A stretch of 63,098 bases of DNA, the filler included, from Octopus bimaculoides (taxonomy: Eukaryota): NCBI RefSeq assembly GCF_001194135.2. It is 5 parts of 4 records of this genome, joined end to end, with 100 filler letters (N's around TTAATTAATTAA, not from the genome) between each part and the next. Parts side by side here need not be neighbours in the genome. Positions count along the whole stretch, not along the records: positions 47,315 to 63,098 come from NC_068994.1; 4 more parts are not named here. One strand, 5' to 3'. Position 1 is the first letter of the stretch. Each line of letters begins with the position of its first letter. The notes beneath the pieces were generated by a model. The model saw only the letters and a list, made by a program, of their open reading frames with translations, was not told where the DNA came from and did no database searches. Position numbers and translations under genes: made by a program. Of the stretch, positions 62,040 through 63,098 are shown piece by piece.

Positions 62040-62790
62040 GACAGAAGGACCATTGATGCGAGTGTTTTCAGTTTATGAAGCAGCTTTGGTTTATATCAGC
62101 GGAAAAACCCTTCTGTTTATCAGCATATTTATATATTCCCAATAAAAGATCTTTCACCAAAGAAATTGTTCTACATTTGTGTTTTCTATGTTGTAGACCT
62201 TACCACATGAATCATCTGACTTTTGTTGAAGAAATGGCAGTAGAAAGAATTCCAATAAACAGTCTCCTTGGAAAATTCGAAATGTTTTATAGCAATGATT
62301 CATAACCTGGACAACAGTAACTCGTTCAAGATATTGAGAGCTCACAAGAGAGAAAGGGTAAATATCAAGGGGACACTCTGGGGGAGTTGGATCCTGACTG
62401 TTAGAGAGGTGTTGTCATTTTACTTCGATATAGCTCTATGGTCAACACCATTAAGAGTTTCAGTTCGACAGGATATCAAAGTAAAGACATACCATCACTC
62501 CAAGGTTCTTCATCGTATGTTGCGAAATGGTCATCAACGAGATCAACAGTACACATGTGTATGGACAAAGATCTAGAGATAAGATACGGACGTTACCATG
62601 GCTCATTTTTTATCAGGCAAGACATACATCCAAAGTTAGAGAATAAGAGTTCGTTACGCTACATTATGTCAGAGAATAAGACATGTATCAAGTGTGAGAT
62701 ACACATGTTAGCCTATCTTTTCTCAAAGAATAAGGCACACTTCCTATATGTAGAAAACACATGCTTCAAATTTTCCTTCACCAACTACGA
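62040..62790 (+). mobile_element. piggyBac (PGBD-like) transposase C-terminal remnant
   Basis: GGV-DPD (cf. MGGVDxxD), VLSFYFDIAL, EIRYGRYH, TCIKCEIH, NTCFKF (Cys-rich tail). Confidence 0.55.
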
Positions 62791-63048
62791 AACCAATTAC
62801 ACAAGATACCACAGATGTGATAATTGCAGCAGCTCTATTTAATGCCATGGTAAACACCTTATCACAGAGATAAGCGGTTTCTTATTTTTGATTTCTGCTG
62901 GTATTTCCCTTCCTACCTTCTTTAGCAAGCGGCATATTTAGATACATACTTACATACATGCATTCATAAAGACAGACAAACAGACAGATAGATAGACAGA
63001 CATAATTGCATGGATATATATATTCATACATACATATATATATGTATT

Positions 63049-63098
<50 letters not shown>

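Overview
Eukaryotic, AT-rich, gap-ridden and microsatellite-saturated genomic DNA. The repeat families, microsatellite density and C2H2 gene suggest an octopus assembly (inference). Four artificial 100-bp joins (44 N + TTAATTAATTAA + 44 N) split the window into five blocks whose adjacency is not sequence-supported. One clear host gene is present: a single-coding-exon C2H2 zinc-finger gene (28499-29878, +) with 7 fingers built from an alternating two-finger unit, an acidic/Gly/Gln-rich middle, and a C-terminal duplicated TQIFPTIQM motif that differs only at synonymous sites. The rest is mostly decayed mobile DNA: several tRNA-derived SINE families; RTE LINEs, including a near-full-length decayed copy with three C-terminal zinc fingers inside a head-to-tail stack of three RTE-type elements; Tx1-, CRE-, R2-like and R4-like non-LTR fragments; mariner, hAT and piggyBac remnants; a pogo/Tigger-like MITE; and a 91-bp Helitron. 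The least-explained signals are three type-I hammerhead-ribozyme-like motifs (best at 26940-27009), several long hairpins (14194-14270, 43851-43924), a 30-bp repeat with a protein-coding-like substitution pattern antisense to the ZNF 3' region, and a CpG-depleted block downstream of the ZNF gene. All family assignments are from motif recognition by eye; no database searches were run, and element boundaries are approximate unless a TSD/TIR is cited.
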